DNA of 64,000 nt from Patescibacteria group bacterium (GTDB lineage: Bacteria; Patescibacteriota; Minisyncoccia; Minisyncoccales; UBA10102), in contig JADFNM010000001.1 in the NCBI GenBank assembly GCA_022563395.1, positions 83,891 to 147,890 on the forward strand. The letters run 5' to 3'. This document shows positions 16,884 through 27,115 of the stretch, piece by piece (positions within the stretch are counted from its first letter, which is position 1; the number at the start of each line of letters is the position of its first letter). The notes beneath the pieces were generated by a model. That model was not told the DNA's origin. It searched no databases and worked only from the letters and a program-made list of their open reading frames with translations. The position numbers and the translations under genes were made by a program.

Positions 16884-17666
16884 ATGCCAAAGGTTTCAAA
16901 GAAACGACCAGAAAAAGCATTGCTGAGGTATCTTAGTAAAAGTGGAGGGAGGAACAACAGGGGCAGGATCACCGTGTGGCACAGAGGAGGAGGGGTAAAA
17001 CGTCTCTATCGTGTAGTTGACTTTGCACAGGGGCATCTTAACATGCCCGGCAAAGTTGTTGCCATTGAATACGATCCCAACCGCAATGCGCGACTTGCCT
17101 TGCTGGAGTATGAAAATGGGGAGCGCTCTTACGTCTTGGCTCCGCATGAGCTCAAAGAGGGTGACGAGATTGTGACAAAAGACAAGACTGAGATACGAAC
17201 CGGAAATAGAATGCGCATTGGCAATATTCCCGTTGGAACCATGGTGTACAATGTGGAGTTAAGCCCTGACCGAGGCGGAAAGCTTGTGCGTGGAGCGGGG
17301 GCCGCAGCTCAGGTACTTTCGCATGATGCAGGGTATACCCACTTGGCACTGCCATCCACGGAAGTAAGGAGGATTCCTTCAAAAAGTTTTGCTTCAGTGG
17401 GTATGGTTTCCAATCCAGAATACCGATACCAAAAGGTAAAAAATGCAGGCTCAAACCGCCTGAAAGGAAAACGCCCCAAGGTTAGAGGAACCGCGATGAA
17501 CCCTGTGGATCATCCCCACGGGGGAGGTGAGGGAAGGACCGGAAGGGGAATGAAGCATCCCAAAACCCCCTGGGGAAAGCCTGCCTTGGGAGTGAAAACC
17601 AGAAAGAAGAAATGGTCAGACAAGCTTATTGTACAGCGGAGGAAAAAGAAAAAGCGAAAGAAATAA
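16884..17666 (+). CDS. rplB: 50S ribosomal protein L2
   Basis: [16 protein letters not shown] and HPHGGGEG motifs. The ATG at 16884 follows the rplW stop. Confidence 0.95.
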   Translation: MPKVSKKRPEKALLRYLSKSGGRNNRGRITVWHRGGGVKRLYRVVDFAQGHLNMPGKVVAIEYDPNRNARLALLEYENGERSYVLAPHELKEGDEIVTKDKTEIRTGNRMRIGNIPVGTMVYNVELSPDRGGKLVRGAGAAAQVLSHDAGYTHLALPSTEVRRIPSKSFASVGMVSNPEYRYQKVKNAGSNRLKGKRPKVRGTAMNPVDHPHGGGEGRTGRGMKHPKTPWGKPALGVKTRKKKWSDKLIVQRRKKKKRKK

Positions 17667-17671
17667 AAACC

Positions 17672-17992
17672 ATGGCACGATCACTCAAGAAGGGCCCATA
17701 CATTGACGAAAATCTTCAAAATCGGTTAAAAAACCGAAAACTGGGAGACAAGACCGTTTTAAAAACCTGGTCTAGGAGAGCCACCATTACTCCAGAAATG
17801 GTTGGGTTCATCTTTGGCGTGCATACGGGAAAAGACTTTGTGCAAGTTGTGGTACATGAAGAGATGGTGGGCCATAAACTGGGTGAGTTTGCAGCAACCA
17901 CGAAATTTTCCCGTCATGGTGGAAGGATGCAAAAAGAAATAGAGCAAAAGGCGGCAACGGGCGCTGCTCCGGCCGCAGCAGAGAAGAAGTAA
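17672..17992 (+). CDS. rpsS: 30S ribosomal protein S19 (C-terminal Ala/Lys tail)
   Basis: [12 protein letters not shown]...; internal ATG of ORF 17612-17992. Confidence 0.93.
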   Translation: MARSLKKGPYIDENLQNRLKNRKLGDKTVLKTWSRRATITPEMVGFIFGVHTGKDFVQVVVHEEMVGHKLGEFAATTKFSRHGGRMQKEIEQKAATGAAPAAAEKK

Positions 17993-17993
17993 C

Positions 17994-18485
17994 ATGAAAG
18001 CAACGGCAAAACTGAGGTATTTAAGAATGGCACCTCGCAAGGTTCGCATGGCGGTTGACCTCATTCGGGGAAAGAAGGTTGTGGAAGCGCAACGCCTGCT
18101 TCAATTTGCCGCAAAACATTCTGCATTGCCGGTGTTAAAAACGCTAAACTCAGCTATTGCTTCCGCAAAGAACAATTTTGAGGCGGACGTGGCCAATTTA
18201 TATATCTCCCATATTGCGGTAAACGAGGGACCAAAGTTAAAGCGATACCGCCCAAGGGCGCGGGGACAGGCCTACGAGATCCAGAAGAAGACTTCCCATC
18301 TTACCATTGTGGTAGATGAGATTGAGCAGGGTAAGACAAAGAAAGCCCTGCCTAAATCTCGTTTAGGAACTCCTAACCGAGATTTAGGCAAAACTGCAAA
18401 GCCAAGTTTTCGGCCAGTGCAGGAAACCGCAAAGCAAAAGGAACCGAGAGGAATGCAGAGAATGTTTAGAAGAAAAAGTATCTAA
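17994..18485 (+). CDS. rplV: 50S ribosomal protein L22 with about 50-aa C-terminal extension
   Basis: MKATAKLRYLRMAPRKVR...; the extension contains repeat units. Confidence 0.92.
   Translation: MKATAKLRYLRMAPRKVRMAVDLIRGKKVVEAQRLLQFAAKHSALPVLKTLNSAIASAKNNFEADVANLYISHIAVNEGPKLKRYRPRARGQAYEIQKKTSHLTIVVDEIEQGKTKKALPKSRLGTPNRDLGKTAKPSFRPVQETAKQKEPRGMQRMFRRKSI
18351..18389 (+). repeat. Two X2-type repeat units inside the rplV coding sequence
   Basis: CCTAAATCTCGTTTAGG at 18351-18367 and CCTAACCGAGATTTAGGC at 18372-18389. Translated in frame they read LPKSRLGTPNRDLGK. Confidence 0.8.
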
Positions 18486-18487
18486 CC

Positions 18488-19120
18488 ATGACACATAAAG
18501 TACATCCCAAAATCTTTCGCATCAGGGAAACCAAGGACTGGCTTTCTCGTTGGGTTGACAAGAGATTGTATGCTAAAACCCTAGAGGAGGATTTTCGCAT
18601 TCGAGAGTTCTTGCAAAAGAAACTGAAAGATGCTTCTTTGGAATCCATTGAGATTGAGCGGGCGGCTTCGCGCATCACGGTCATTATCAATTCAGGGAGA
18701 CCAGGATTGATCATTGGAAGGGGAGGGTCTGGTATTGAGATTGTGAAAAAGGCGCTGCAAAAGCTTGTTGGAGTAAAAGACATTCGCTTGGAGATTCGAG
18801 AAATCAAGAACCCCTTAGAGTCAGCTACTCTGATAGCCCAGAACATTGCCCAGCAGTTAGAAAAGAGAATGCCGCACCGCAGGGTCTTAAAGCAGATCAT
18901 GCAAAAGATTATGGCAAACAAAGAAATTCAGGGAGCTAAATTGGAGGTGGCGGGACGTTTGGGTGGAGCGGATATTGCCAGGCGAGAAGGATTAAAAGAG
19001 GGTCGCTTGCCTTTGCAGACCATGCGTTCTGTAGTAGATTATGCCTTAGTGGAGGCTAGAACCACGTATGGCACTATTGGGGTGAAGGTATGGCTGTACA
19101 AAGGAGAAAAATTTGACTAA
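18488..19120 (+). CDS. rpsC: 30S ribosomal protein S3
   Basis: [10 protein letters not shown]..., KH domain GRGGSGIE; operon order. Confidence 0.95.
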   Translation: MTHKVHPKIFRIRETKDWLSRWVDKRLYAKTLEEDFRIREFLQKKLKDASLESIEIERAASRITVIINSGRPGLIIGRGGSGIEIVKKALQKLVGVKDIRLEIREIKNPLESATLIAQNIAQQLEKRMPHRRVLKQIMQKIMANKEIQGAKLEVAGRLGGADIARREGLKEGRLPLQTMRSVVDYALVEARTTYGTIGVKVWLYKGEKFD

Positions 19121-19121
19121 T

Positions 19122-19535
19122 ATGTTGACACCAAAGAAGGTAAAACACAGAAAGTGGATGAAAGGACGAAGCAAAGGGTTGGCAAACCGAGGTACCGAAC
19201 TTTCCTTTGGCAGCTATGGTTTGAAATCCCAGGGAACCCAGTGGATACCCTCTCGTCAAATAGAGGCTGCACGGCGAGCAATCATTAGGTACCTGCGCAA
19301 GGGAGGAAAGATGTGGATTCGCATTTTCCCAGACAAGCCCATCACAAGAAAAGGAGCCGAAACCCCCATGGGAGGCGGCAAGGGAGGTGTGGATCACTAT
19401 GTTTTTCCTATAAAGCCTGGCAGGATTATCTTTGAGATTGAAGGTATTACAGAAGACATGGCAAGGGAGGCGCTGCGCAAGGCCGCAGCAAAGCTGTCTG
19501 TTAAGACAAGTGTTGTCACAAGGGAGAAATCATGA
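19122..19535 (+). CDS. rplP: 50S ribosomal protein L16
   Basis: [16 protein letters not shown]...; I prefer the ATG at 19122 over the TTG at 19113. Confidence 0.93.
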   Translation: MLTPKKVKHRKWMKGRSKGLANRGTELSFGSYGLKSQGTQWIPSRQIEAARRAIIRYLRKGGKMWIRIFPDKPITRKGAETPMGGGKGGVDHYVFPIKPGRIIFEIEGITEDMAREALRKAAAKLSVKTSVVTREKS

Positions 19536-19720
19536 AATTGGTTGAGCTGAGAAAAAAGACCGAAACGGAGCTGCTGGATATGAACAGGAACCTGAAAGAA
19601 AAGGGACGGGATCTTCGCTTTCAGTTGGCAGCAGGCAAGGTAAAGAATGTGCGGGAAATCCGTTTGACCAAAAAGAGCATAGCCCAGGTACAAACGATAT
19701 TACAAGAAAAGAAACGCTAA
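19532..19720 (+). CDS. rpmC: 50S ribosomal protein L29
   Basis: 62 aa, coiled basic protein, operon order. Confidence 0.9.
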   Translation: MKLVELRKKTETELLDMNRNLKEKGRDLRFQLAAGKVKNVREIRLTKKSIAQVQTILQEKKR

Positions 19721-19721
19721 C

Positions 19722-19958
19722 ATGCCAAAAAGACAATTAACCGGCATTGTGGTTTCAGACAAGATGCAAAAGACTCGCGTGGTTCAGGTTGAGAGGTTAA
19801 AAACCCACCCAAAATACAAGAGGAGATACCGTTCTCATGAGAAGTATAAAGCGCATGATGAACAAAGCGAGTACCACACAGGCGATAAAGTGATTATTGA
19901 GGAGATGCGACCAATGAGCAAGGACAAGAGATGGAACATCGTGAAACGTGTAGTGTGA
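19722..19958 (+). CDS. rpsQ: 30S ribosomal protein S17
   Basis: LTGIVVSDKMQKTRVVQVER...; operon order. Confidence 0.93.
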   Translation: MPKRQLTGIVVSDKMQKTRVVQVERLKTHPKYKRRYRSHEKYKAHDEQSEYHTGDKVIIEEMRPMSKDKRWNIVKRVV

Positions 19959-20012
19959 AACCTGAAACGTGTAGTAATTTTTACGTTTCATGTTTCATGT
20001 TTTAGGAATAAC

Positions 20013-20381
20013 ATGATTCAACCGCAGACAAATTTAAAAGTAGCTGACAATACGGGAGCAAAGCTCATCCAGTGTTTTCGTGTGTTGGGTGGTACCAGGA
20101 GACGGTATGCTGAAATTGGCGATGTCATCGTGGCAGCGGTCAAGGAAGCTGAACCTCGGCGCCAGGTGAAAAAGCACGACGTGGTAAAGGCAGTTGTGGT
20201 GAGACAGAGAAAGCCCTATCGGAGAAGTGACGGCTCCTATATCTCTTTTGACGAGAACGCAGCAGTGATTTTGGAAAAAGACAAGGAACCAATGGGAGGA
20301 AGAATGTTTGGTCCTTTTCCCCGGGAGATTCGAGAAAGGGGATACACGAAGATAGCAGCATTAGCCCCAGAACTCATATAG
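20013..20381 (+). CDS. rplN: 50S ribosomal protein L14
   Basis: [17 protein letters not shown]... Confidence 0.96.
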   Translation: MIQPQTNLKVADNTGAKLIQCFRVLGGTRRRYAEIGDVIVAAVKEAEPRRQVKKHDVVKAVVVRQRKPYRRSDGSYISFDENAAVILEKDKEPMGGRMFGPFPREIRERGYTKIAALAPELI

Positions 20382-20458
20382 CGCTGCGCGATATATTAAT
20401 CGTATTTTCTCAGAATTTTATTCAACACATTGCTAAAATTTCTTAAAAATACTCTACT

Positions 20459-20764
20459 ATGAAACTCAAGAAAGGTGATACCGTTCAGGTTATGTCGGGA
20501 AAAGAAAAGGGAAAGCGTGGCAAGATTTCACGGGTGTATCCAGAAGACTTTCTTTTGGTGGTAGAGGGAGTGAACATTAAGAAGCGGCACCGCAAGCCAA
20601 CCAAATCAGGGGAAAAAGGACAAACCATAGAAAAGCAGAATCCCATTCCTTCAAGCAAGGTACAACTGGTGTGTTCAAAGTGCAGCAAGGCAGTACGCAT
20701 TGGCTACAGGGTGGAAGGGAAGACCAAGATTAGGATATGTAAGAAATGTGGCGCAGAAGTCTAA
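20459..20764 (+). CDS. rplX: 50S ribosomal protein L24
   Basis: KKGDTVQVMSGKEKGKRGKI KOW motif; carries a C-terminal CxxC..CxxC. Confidence 0.92.
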   Translation: MKLKKGDTVQVMSGKEKGKRGKISRVYPEDFLLVVEGVNIKKRHRKPTKSGEKGQTIEKQNPIPSSKVQLVCSKCSKAVRIGYRVEGKTKIRICKKCGAEV

Positions 20765-20767
20765 ACC

Positions 20768-21328
20768 ATGGAAAACATGAAAAGGCGATACGAAAAAGTA
20801 GTAATTCCCGAAATGGTAAAACGCTTCGGATACAAAAATGTTATGGCAGCTCCGCGTATTGAAAAGGTGGTGCTCAATTCTTCTTTTGGGAAGCTGGCTT
20901 CTGCAAAGACCAGTGAGGAGGCAGGGAAGATTGGAAAAGCCATTGCAGAGGATATGGGCCAGATTGCAGGACAAAAGCCCGTACAGACCCGCGCCAAAAA
21001 ATCCATTGCAACCTTCAAGCTGAGACAAGGAGCTCCCATTGGGGTGAAAGTAACTTTACGGGGGCAAAGGATGTATGATTTTCTAGGCCGGCTCGTTCAC
21101 GTTGTACTGCCGCGCTCCCGCGACTTTCAGGGGTTAAAGACCTCCTTTGTCGATAACCATGGCAATTTGAGCATTGGCATTACAGAGCATTTGTTTTTTC
21201 CCGAGATTTCCCTGGAAAAGTCAAAGATTCCCTTTAGCCTGGAGGTTACAATCCCTACGACGGCAAAGACCAAAGAGGAAGGGCTGGAATTATTCAAGTT
21301 GTTAGGATTCCCAATGCAAACGGAATGA
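20768..21328 (+). CDS. rplE: 50S ribosomal protein L5
   Basis: Operon order; LRGQRMYDFLGRL, GNLSIGI. Confidence 0.94.
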   Translation: MENMKRRYEKVVIPEMVKRFGYKNVMAAPRIEKVVLNSSFGKLASAKTSEEAGKIGKAIAEDMGQIAGQKPVQTRAKKSIATFKLRQGAPIGVKVTLRGQRMYDFLGRLVHVVLPRSRDFQGLKTSFVDNHGNLSIGITEHLFFPEISLEKSKIPFSLEVTIPTTAKTKEEGLELFKLLGFPMQTE

Positions 21329-21409
21329 TATATAATCGTCAAATTTCTGAAGGACACCTTAAAGTTTTTGGAGGTTGAACACCTTTTTACCAAAAAGGGG
21401 TCCACATGT

Positions 21410-21595
21410 ATGGCAAAAAAGTCACAGATTGAAAGAGCAAAAAAGAAGCCAAAGTTTGCCTCGCGCGTTGTGAGAAGATGTTTTCGATGTGGAAGAAAGA
21501 GAGGATTCATGCGAGACTTTGGGCTTTGTCGAATTTGTTTTCGGGAAATGGCGAACAAAGGATTAATACCTGGTATAACGAAATCTTCATGGTAG
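21410..21595 (+). CDS. rpsN: 30S ribosomal protein S14 type Z (zinc-binding, 61 aa)
   Basis: [16 protein letters not shown]...[10 protein letters not shown]...CRICFRE; internal ATG of the ORF-track ORF. Confidence 0.92.
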   Translation: MAKKSQIERAKKKPKFASRVVRRCFRCGRKRGFMRDFGLCRICFREMANKGLIPGITKSSW

Positions 21596-21978
21596 ACCCT
21601 ATAGCAGACATGATTAATAGAATAAAGAATGCTCAAGCTGTCAAAAAGGAAACGGTTGAGGTTCCCTTTTCTAAGATCCGTTTTGAGATTGGAAAGATTT
21701 TGGAGCGCACAGGCTTTTTGAAAAAAGTGGAGTTAAAGACCAAAAGAAGCAAGCGGCCTATTGAACTGACCCTGCAATACAAAGAGGGGATGCCGGTAAT
21801 CTCTGACGTGAAGCGTATATCAAAACCAGGGAAGCGCATGTATGCGACAGCGTCCCAACTCACAAAGATTGCACGCAGGAGAGGTATTGTTATCGTTTCT
21901 ACCTCCAAGGGATTGATGACCGCGGGGGAAGCACGGGCGCAAGGTCTCGGAGGAGAATTACTTTGTGAAATATTATGA
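21589..21978 (+). CDS. rpsH: 30S ribosomal protein S8
   Basis: [16 protein letters not shown]...; overlaps the rpsN stop (ATGGTAG). Confidence 0.94.
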   Translation: MVDPIADMINRIKNAQAVKKETVEVPFSKIRFEIGKILERTGFLKKVELKTKRSKRPIELTLQYKEGMPVISDVKRISKPGKRMYATASQLTKIARRRGIVIVSTSKGLMTAGEARAQGLGGELLCEIL

Positions 21979-22541
21979 GCAGGATAGGAAAAAAACCAAT
22001 TGAAATACCGTCTGGAGTTGAGGTTATTTTAGAAAACCACACAGCTAAGGTGAAAGGCGCTAAAGGAGAGCTTAACTATGCTTTGCATCCAGACGTTGCA
22101 GTGAAAATGGAGGATAGCCAGATTGTAGTTTCCCTGAATGCCGGGCTTTCAAAAAAGCGTGCAAACCAAGCAAAGAGCCTGTGGGGATTGACTCGGACAC
22201 TTCTTTTTAACATGATATGGGGCGTATCTGAAGGATACCAAAAGAAACTTGAGATAGAAGGAACTGGATATAGGGCTGCTGTAGAGGGTGACTCTCTAAA
22301 CCTTTCTCTTGGTTTTTCCCACGCGGTAAACTTAAAGATTCCAGAAGGGCTTTCTTGCGAAGTTCAAAAGAACGTCATTATTGTTTCTGGCATCAGCAAA
22401 GAACGGGTGGGTGAATTTGCCGCCCACATTCGAAGATTGCGTCCCGTGGAGCCATACAAGGGTAAGGGCATTAGATACGAAGGCGAGGTTGTGCGCAGAA
22501 AAGTAGGAAAGAAGGCAGCCGGTGTAACCGGAGCCGCATAA
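21975..22541 (+). CDS. rplF: 50S ribosomal protein L6
   Basis: [17 protein letters not shown]... Confidence 0.95.
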   Translation: MSRIGKKPIEIPSGVEVILENHTAKVKGAKGELNYALHPDVAVKMEDSQIVVSLNAGLSKKRANQAKSLWGLTRTLLFNMIWGVSEGYQKKLEIEGTGYRAAVEGDSLNLSLGFSHAVNLKIPEGLSCEVQKNVIIVSGISKERVGEFAAHIRRLRPVEPYKGKGIRYEGEVVRRKVGKKAAGVTGAA

Positions 22542-22546
22542 GGATT

Positions 22547-22897
22547 ATGGTAAAGATTACAGCAAAGGAGCGGAGAAAAGCCCGGCATCGTCGCATCAGG
22601 ACGAGGATACAGGGAACAAAAGAGCGTCCCCGGCTTGTGGTTTCTCGTTCCAATCAGCATCTGTATGCCCAGTTGGTGGATGATGAAACGGGAAATGTGC
22701 TCGCTGCGGTTTCTGATTTGAAAGCCAAGGGAAAAATGTCAGGAGTGAAGCTTGCCAAGTCAGTAGGAAAGGCCATAGCTAAGAAAGCTCAAGGCCAAGG
22801 AGTTTCAAAGGCGGTGTTTGATCGGGGAGGGTATAAGTATCACGGAAGCGTTAAAGCATTGGCGGAAGGTGCAAGAGAAGGAGGATTACAATTTTAG
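22547..22897 (+). CDS. rplR: 50S ribosomal protein L18
   Basis: [30 protein letters not shown]... Confidence 0.95.
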   Translation: MVKITAKERRKARHRRIRTRIQGTKERPRLVVSRSNQHLYAQLVDDETGNVLAAVSDLKAKGKMSGVKLAKSVGKAIAKKAQGQGVSKAVFDRGGYKYHGSVKALAEGAREGGLQF

Positions 22898-22914
22898 ACC
22901 CCACGACTATTAAT

Positions 22915-23463
22915 ATGCCAGGAAAACAACGAAGACAGCCTCAGAGAAGGCAGCCGCGAGAGAAATCCGAGTTTGATTCAAAACTCGTGGATTTAGCTCG
23001 CGTTGTGCGTGTGTCAGCTGGCGGGAGGAGATTCCGTTTCCGTGCTGTGGTGGTGGCCGGAGACAAGAAATCTCGGGTTGGAGTTGGCGTTGCAAAGGGA
23101 GGTGATGTTGCCCAGGCAGTGGAAAAGGCAACCCGCAAAGCGACAAAGAACCTGGTGCATGTCCCAATTGTAGAGGAGACCATACCCCATGAGGTAGAAG
23201 GCCATTTTGGAGCTTCCCACATTCTGTTAAAGCCCCAGCGAAAGGGACGAGGACTAGTTGCAGGAGGGGTGACAAGAATTATTGCAGAGAAGGCCGGTAT
23301 CAAGAACATTTCTGCAAAGACCATTTCAAAGAGCAGAAATAAGTTAAACAATGCTTTAGCAACCCTAGCTGCTATAAGAAAGCTTAAGGTAAGGGAAGTA
23401 AATGAACCCAAGGTTGCAGAGGAAGCTGAAAACGAGAAACCAGAACAAGAAACTGCAAAATAA
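22915..23463 (+). CDS. rpsE: 30S ribosomal protein S5 (acidic C-terminal tail)
   Basis: VVRVSAGGRRFRFRAVVVAGD...; operon order. Confidence 0.94.
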   Translation: MPGKQRRQPQRRQPREKSEFDSKLVDLARVVRVSAGGRRFRFRAVVVAGDKKSRVGVGVAKGGDVAQAVEKATRKATKNLVHVPIVEETIPHEVEGHFGASHILLKPQRKGRGLVAGGVTRIIAEKAGIKNISAKTISKSRNKLNNALATLAAIRKLKVREVNEPKVAEEAENEKPEQETAK

Positions 23464-23519
23464 GAACCTGCAAAGCAGAACCTTGCTGCAGGAGAACCTT
23501 AATTGTAAGCGAAATTAGT

Positions 23520-23951
23520 ATGCAGATGCACACACTTACGCCAAAACACAAGAGACCTCAAAAAAGGCGCATTGGCAGGGGCGGCAAGCGCGGTACCTAT
23601 TCTGGCAGGGGCATGAAAGGGCAGAAGGCAAGAGCGGGAAACCGGCCAGCACCCGTTGTCAGAGAACTATTAAAGCGCTATCCTAAACTCAAGGGATACC
23701 GCAGAGTAAAGCGGCAGAGAAAACCCCAGTCGGTTTCTTTGGCTGTTATTGAAAAGAAGTTTTCAAAAGATGAGGTGGTTTCCCCAAAGGCCCTGGTTGC
23801 AAAAGGGCTGATTAAGCAACAAAAGAGCGGTACCCCAAAAGTAAAGATTGTGGGATTGGGCAAACTCAAGAGCGTGCTCACAATCCAAGGCTGCATCCTT
23901 TCTGCTGGCGCAAAAAAAGCCATTGAAAAGAGTGGTGGGAAAATCACATGA
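23520..23951 (+). CDS. rplO: 50S ribosomal protein L15
   Basis: RIGRGGKRGTYSGRGMKGQKAR... It follows rpsE directly, with no L30 gene between. Confidence 0.93.
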   Translation: MQMHTLTPKHKRPQKRRIGRGGKRGTYSGRGMKGQKARAGNRPAPVVRELLKRYPKLKGYRRVKRQRKPQSVSLAVIEKKFSKDEVVSPKALVAKGLIKQQKSGTPKVKIVGLGKLKSVLTIQGCILSAGAKKAIEKSGGKIT

Positions 23952-25228
23952 CCTGGTTTCGCAACATTATTCGTACATTCCAGATCCCAGACTTAAGAAA
24001 GAAAATCCTGTTTGTTCTGGGCGTGTTTGTCCTGTTCCGCCTCATGGCAAACATTCCTATGCCCGGCATTGAGACCGAGCGTATCCAGCAGTTCTTTGCA
24101 AACAACCAGCTGTTCGGGCTCTTAAACCTCTTTACCGGGGGAGCTTTAGACAGTTTATCTATTGTTATGCTGGGACTTGGCCCCTACATTACAGCTGTCA
24201 TTATCATGCAGTTATTAACCATGATTGTTCCGGCTCTAGAGCGAATGTATAAGGAAGAAGGGGAGGCGGGAAGGCAGAGGTTTAACCAGTACGGACGATA
24301 CTTGGCAATACCCTTTGCCTTGCTGCAGGGATACGGATTTTTGACCCTGCTGACCCAACAACAGGTCATTGACCGCCTGAGTCCGGAAATCTTGGTTACG
24401 TCGCTGGTAACGATTACGGCAGGGACAATACTTTTAATGTGGCTTGGAGAGCTCATTACAGAGAAAGGCATTGGGAACGGAGTGTCACTCCTCATTTTTG
24501 CGGGTATTATTACAGGATTTCCTGCCTCAATCAGGCAGCTGTCGCTTGCTTATGACCCAACCCGACTCCCAGCCTATATTGCCTTTTTCGTCATGGCGAT
24601 TGTGATTATTGCAGGGGTAGTGTTTATCACGGAGGCGCGAAGAAACATTTCAGTTTCCTATGCAAAGCGGATTAGAGGAAACAAGATGTATGGCGGGGTT
24701 TCAACATATCTGCCCTTGCAGGTGAACCCGGCAGGAGTTATCCCTATCATCTTTGCCTTGTCTCTGTTGACTCTTCCTGGCATACTAGCCTCTTTTCTTG
24801 TGGGAATTGGAGGTGTCGTTGGAGGTATTGCAAACGCCATTCAGAATTTTTTGGTAAACCAATTGGCATATGGCATTCTTTTCTTTTCGCTTGTGGTGAT
24901 GTTTACTTTTTTCTATACTGCAGTAACCTTTGATCCAAAATCAATTTCTACAAACTTGCAAAAGATGGGGGGTTTTATACCGGGAGTGCGCCCTGGCGCC
25001 TCCACTGCCCATTTTCTCTCTTTTATCTTAAACCGCATTTTGCTTATTGGCGCCGTGTTCTTGGGAACCATTGCGGTCTTGCCCTCTATTGTGCAATGGG
25101 TAACAGGCATTGGCGCGTTTCAATTCTTATTGGGAGGAACCGCCCTCCTCATTGTGGTTTCCGTGGTTTTAGAAACCATGCGCCAGATACGCGCCCAGCT
25201 TCAAATGAGAGAGTATGATACCTTCTAA
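23948..25228 (+). CDS. secY: Preprotein translocase subunit SecY
   Basis: 426 aa, 10 TM segments, GIGNGVSLLIFAGI motif; spc-operon position. Confidence 0.96.
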   Translation: MTWFRNIIRTFQIPDLRKKILFVLGVFVLFRLMANIPMPGIETERIQQFFANNQLFGLLNLFTGGALDSLSIVMLGLGPYITAVIIMQLLTMIVPALERMYKEEGEAGRQRFNQYGRYLAIPFALLQGYGFLTLLTQQQVIDRLSPEILVTSLVTITAGTILLMWLGELITEKGIGNGVSLLIFAGIITGFPASIRQLSLAYDPTRLPAYIAFFVMAIVIIAGVVFITEARRNISVSYAKRIRGNKMYGGVSTYLPLQVNPAGVIPIIFALSLLTLPGILASFLVGIGGVVGGIANAIQNFLVNQLAYGILFFSLVVMFTFFYTAVTFDPKSISTNLQKMGGFIPGVRPGASTAHFLSFILNRILLIGAVFLGTIAVLPSIVQWVTGIGAFQFLLGGTALLIVVSVVLETMRQIRAQLQMREYDTF

Positions 25229-25808
25229 ACGTTTTCCCATAGTTATTATCTTAGGGAAATCGGGATCTGGAAAAGGAACTCAGGCAAAGCTTCTTTCTGA
25301 TAAAACTGGATTCCACATTGTGAGCTCTGGCAAGCTGCTCCGCTCTCGGATAAAAAAGAAAGACTTTCTCGGCAAGAAACTACGCAAGATTATCTATGGT
25401 GGAGGCCTCGCTCCTTCGCCCCTTATCTTTCACCTATGGCTTCACGAGTTTGAGCGTTTGCTTCCACAGCGCAAGATCAAAGGCCTTATCTTTGAAGGAA
25501 GTCCGAGAAAGCTGTATGAGGCATTCCTTTTAGACGAAGTGCTGGAGTTCTACAGTGCCAACAAGAATATGCGTGTTGTGCACATTCAGCTTTCAAACAA
25601 GGAAGCGAGAAAAAGATTGCACAAGCGCGGGCGTGTCGATGATGAGCTCAACGAAGTTAATAAGCGTCTCCGTTGGTTCAAGATTGAGGTAACCCCGACT
25701 GTAAAACACTATCGCATGGAGAAAATACTTGTTGAAGTGAACGGTGAGCAGTCAGTCGAGAAAGTTCACCAGGAGATTATGCGAAAGCTGAAGACCTTTT
25801 TGATGTGA
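25215..25808 (+). CDS. adk: Adenylate kinase
   Basis: GKSGSGKGTQ P-loop; operon position after secY. Confidence 0.88.
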   Translation: MIPSKRFPIVIILGKSGSGKGTQAKLLSDKTGFHIVSSGKLLRSRIKKKDFLGKKLRKIIYGGGLAPSPLIFHLWLHEFERLLPQRKIKGLIFEGSPRKLYEAFLLDEVLEFYSANKNMRVVHIQLSNKEARKRLHKRGRVDDELNEVNKRLRWFKIEVTPTVKHYRMEKILVEVNGEQSVEKVHQEIMRKLKTFLM

Positions 25809-26548
25809 TTGTCGTTAAATCAAAACAAGATATTCGAGAGATGCGGGATGGAGGTGCAATCCTCGCCCGCATTTTAGATAGGGTTGCCACTGCGGTGAAT
25901 CCTGGAGTGACAACCAAGGAGCTGGATGCTGTAACCAGAAAGCTCATCTTGGGGGCTGAAGCTGAGACTGCGTTTTTAGGATATCAAGGGTTTCCTGGGG
26001 TTGTGTGCACTGCAGTGAATGAAGAAGGAGTGCATGTTCCGCCTTCTCAAAGAAAGCTCCGAGAGGGAGACATCCTTACCTTAGACATGGGCCTTAAATG
26101 GAAGGGGTGGTATTTGGATATGGCCCGCACCCTTCCTGTCGGAGAGGTTAATCAAGAAAAACAGCACTTGATTAAGGTTACCAAAAAGGCCTTGAATCTT
26201 GGTATTACAAAAGCGCGAGTGGGGGATCGCTTAGGTGATATTGCAAGCACCATCCAAGAGTATGTTGAAAGCAATGGGTATAATGTGGTGCGCGAGCTTT
26301 GCGGGCACGGCATTGGCAGGGAACTTCACGAAGATCCCAAGGTATTAAACTATGGTAAAGCTCATACCGGCAAAAAGCTAAAGGAAGGCATGGTTATTGC
26401 TATTGAGCCCATGGTAACGGTGGGAGATTGGAAGCTGGTCTTGGCAAAAGATGGCCATAGCTATAACACCAAAGATGGTTCTCTGTTTTGCCATTTTGAA
26501 GATACTATTGCCATTACCAGAAGAGGACCTGTGGTGCTCACAAGGTAG
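25805..26548 (+). CDS. map: Type I methionine aminopeptidase
   Basis: LCGHGIGRELHEDP and the metal-ligand pattern. It starts with GTG overlapping the adk stop. Confidence 0.92.
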   Translation: MIVVKSKQDIREMRDGGAILARILDRVATAVNPGVTTKELDAVTRKLILGAEAETAFLGYQGFPGVVCTAVNEEGVHVPPSQRKLREGDILTLDMGLKWKGWYLDMARTLPVGEVNQEKQHLIKVTKKALNLGITKARVGDRLGDIASTIQEYVESNGYNVVRELCGHGIGRELHEDPKVLNYGKAHTGKKLKEGMVIAIEPMVTVGDWKLVLAKDGHSYNTKDGSLFCHFEDTIAITRRGPVVLTR

Positions 26549-26569
26549 AATCTGGTACAATAGGGCAAT

Positions 26570-27013
26570 ATGCAAGAAGCCTTGTTCACCTTTCTTGTTG
26601 CAGCTTCTCCGGTTGTAGAACTACGGGGGGCTATTCCCTTGGCTTTACTCGTCTATGAATTGCCTCTTTGGCAGGCTTTTTTCTTGTCTGTTGCAGGGAA
26701 TATGGTTCCGGTGCTTCTTTTGCCTTTTCTTGGAGCTTTGAGCGGTGAACTTTCGCGTCGCTTTTCCATCTTTGAGCGATATTTTACCTGGTTGTTCTCT
26801 AAAACAAGTAGGAACAAAAAGAGGATGTTTGAGATATTCCGGGATTTTGCCCTTGTGGTGTTTGTGGCAATTCCCTTGCCGTTCACCGGGGCTTGGACCG
26901 CCGTGGTGGCGGCGTTCGTGTTTGGGATTCCGTTTCGCCGGGCATTCCCTCTTATCCTGTTTGGGGTTATAATGGCCGCGATCATTGTGTCTCTACTGAC
27001 AACGCTATGGTAG
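26570..27013 (+). CDS. Small membrane protein, COG2426 / small multidrug export-like
   Basis: VELRGAIPLAL motif and 4 TM helices. Confidence 0.6.
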   Translation: MQEALFTFLVAASPVVELRGAIPLALLVYELPLWQAFFLSVAGNMVPVLLLPFLGALSGELSRRFSIFERYFTWLFSKTSRNKKRMFEIFRDFALVVFVAIPLPFTGAWTAVVAAFVFGIPFRRAFPLILFGVIMAAIIVSLLTTLW

Positions 27014-27115
27014 TATTAAAGGTAGCGGCCATTTTGTCCCCATAGTTAGTAAGGATTAGGGGACAATAATAGCTGGAGTTGTGGTAAGTATGATTACACT
27101 TGGTATACCAAAGCT

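Noticed and set aside
19956-19968. 13-mer TGAAACCTGAAAC shared with the gatA start region (50422-50434)
   Set aside because: It is a low-complexity GAAAC-type sequence. One copy is coding and the other non-coding, with no extended similarity, so it is most likely chance.
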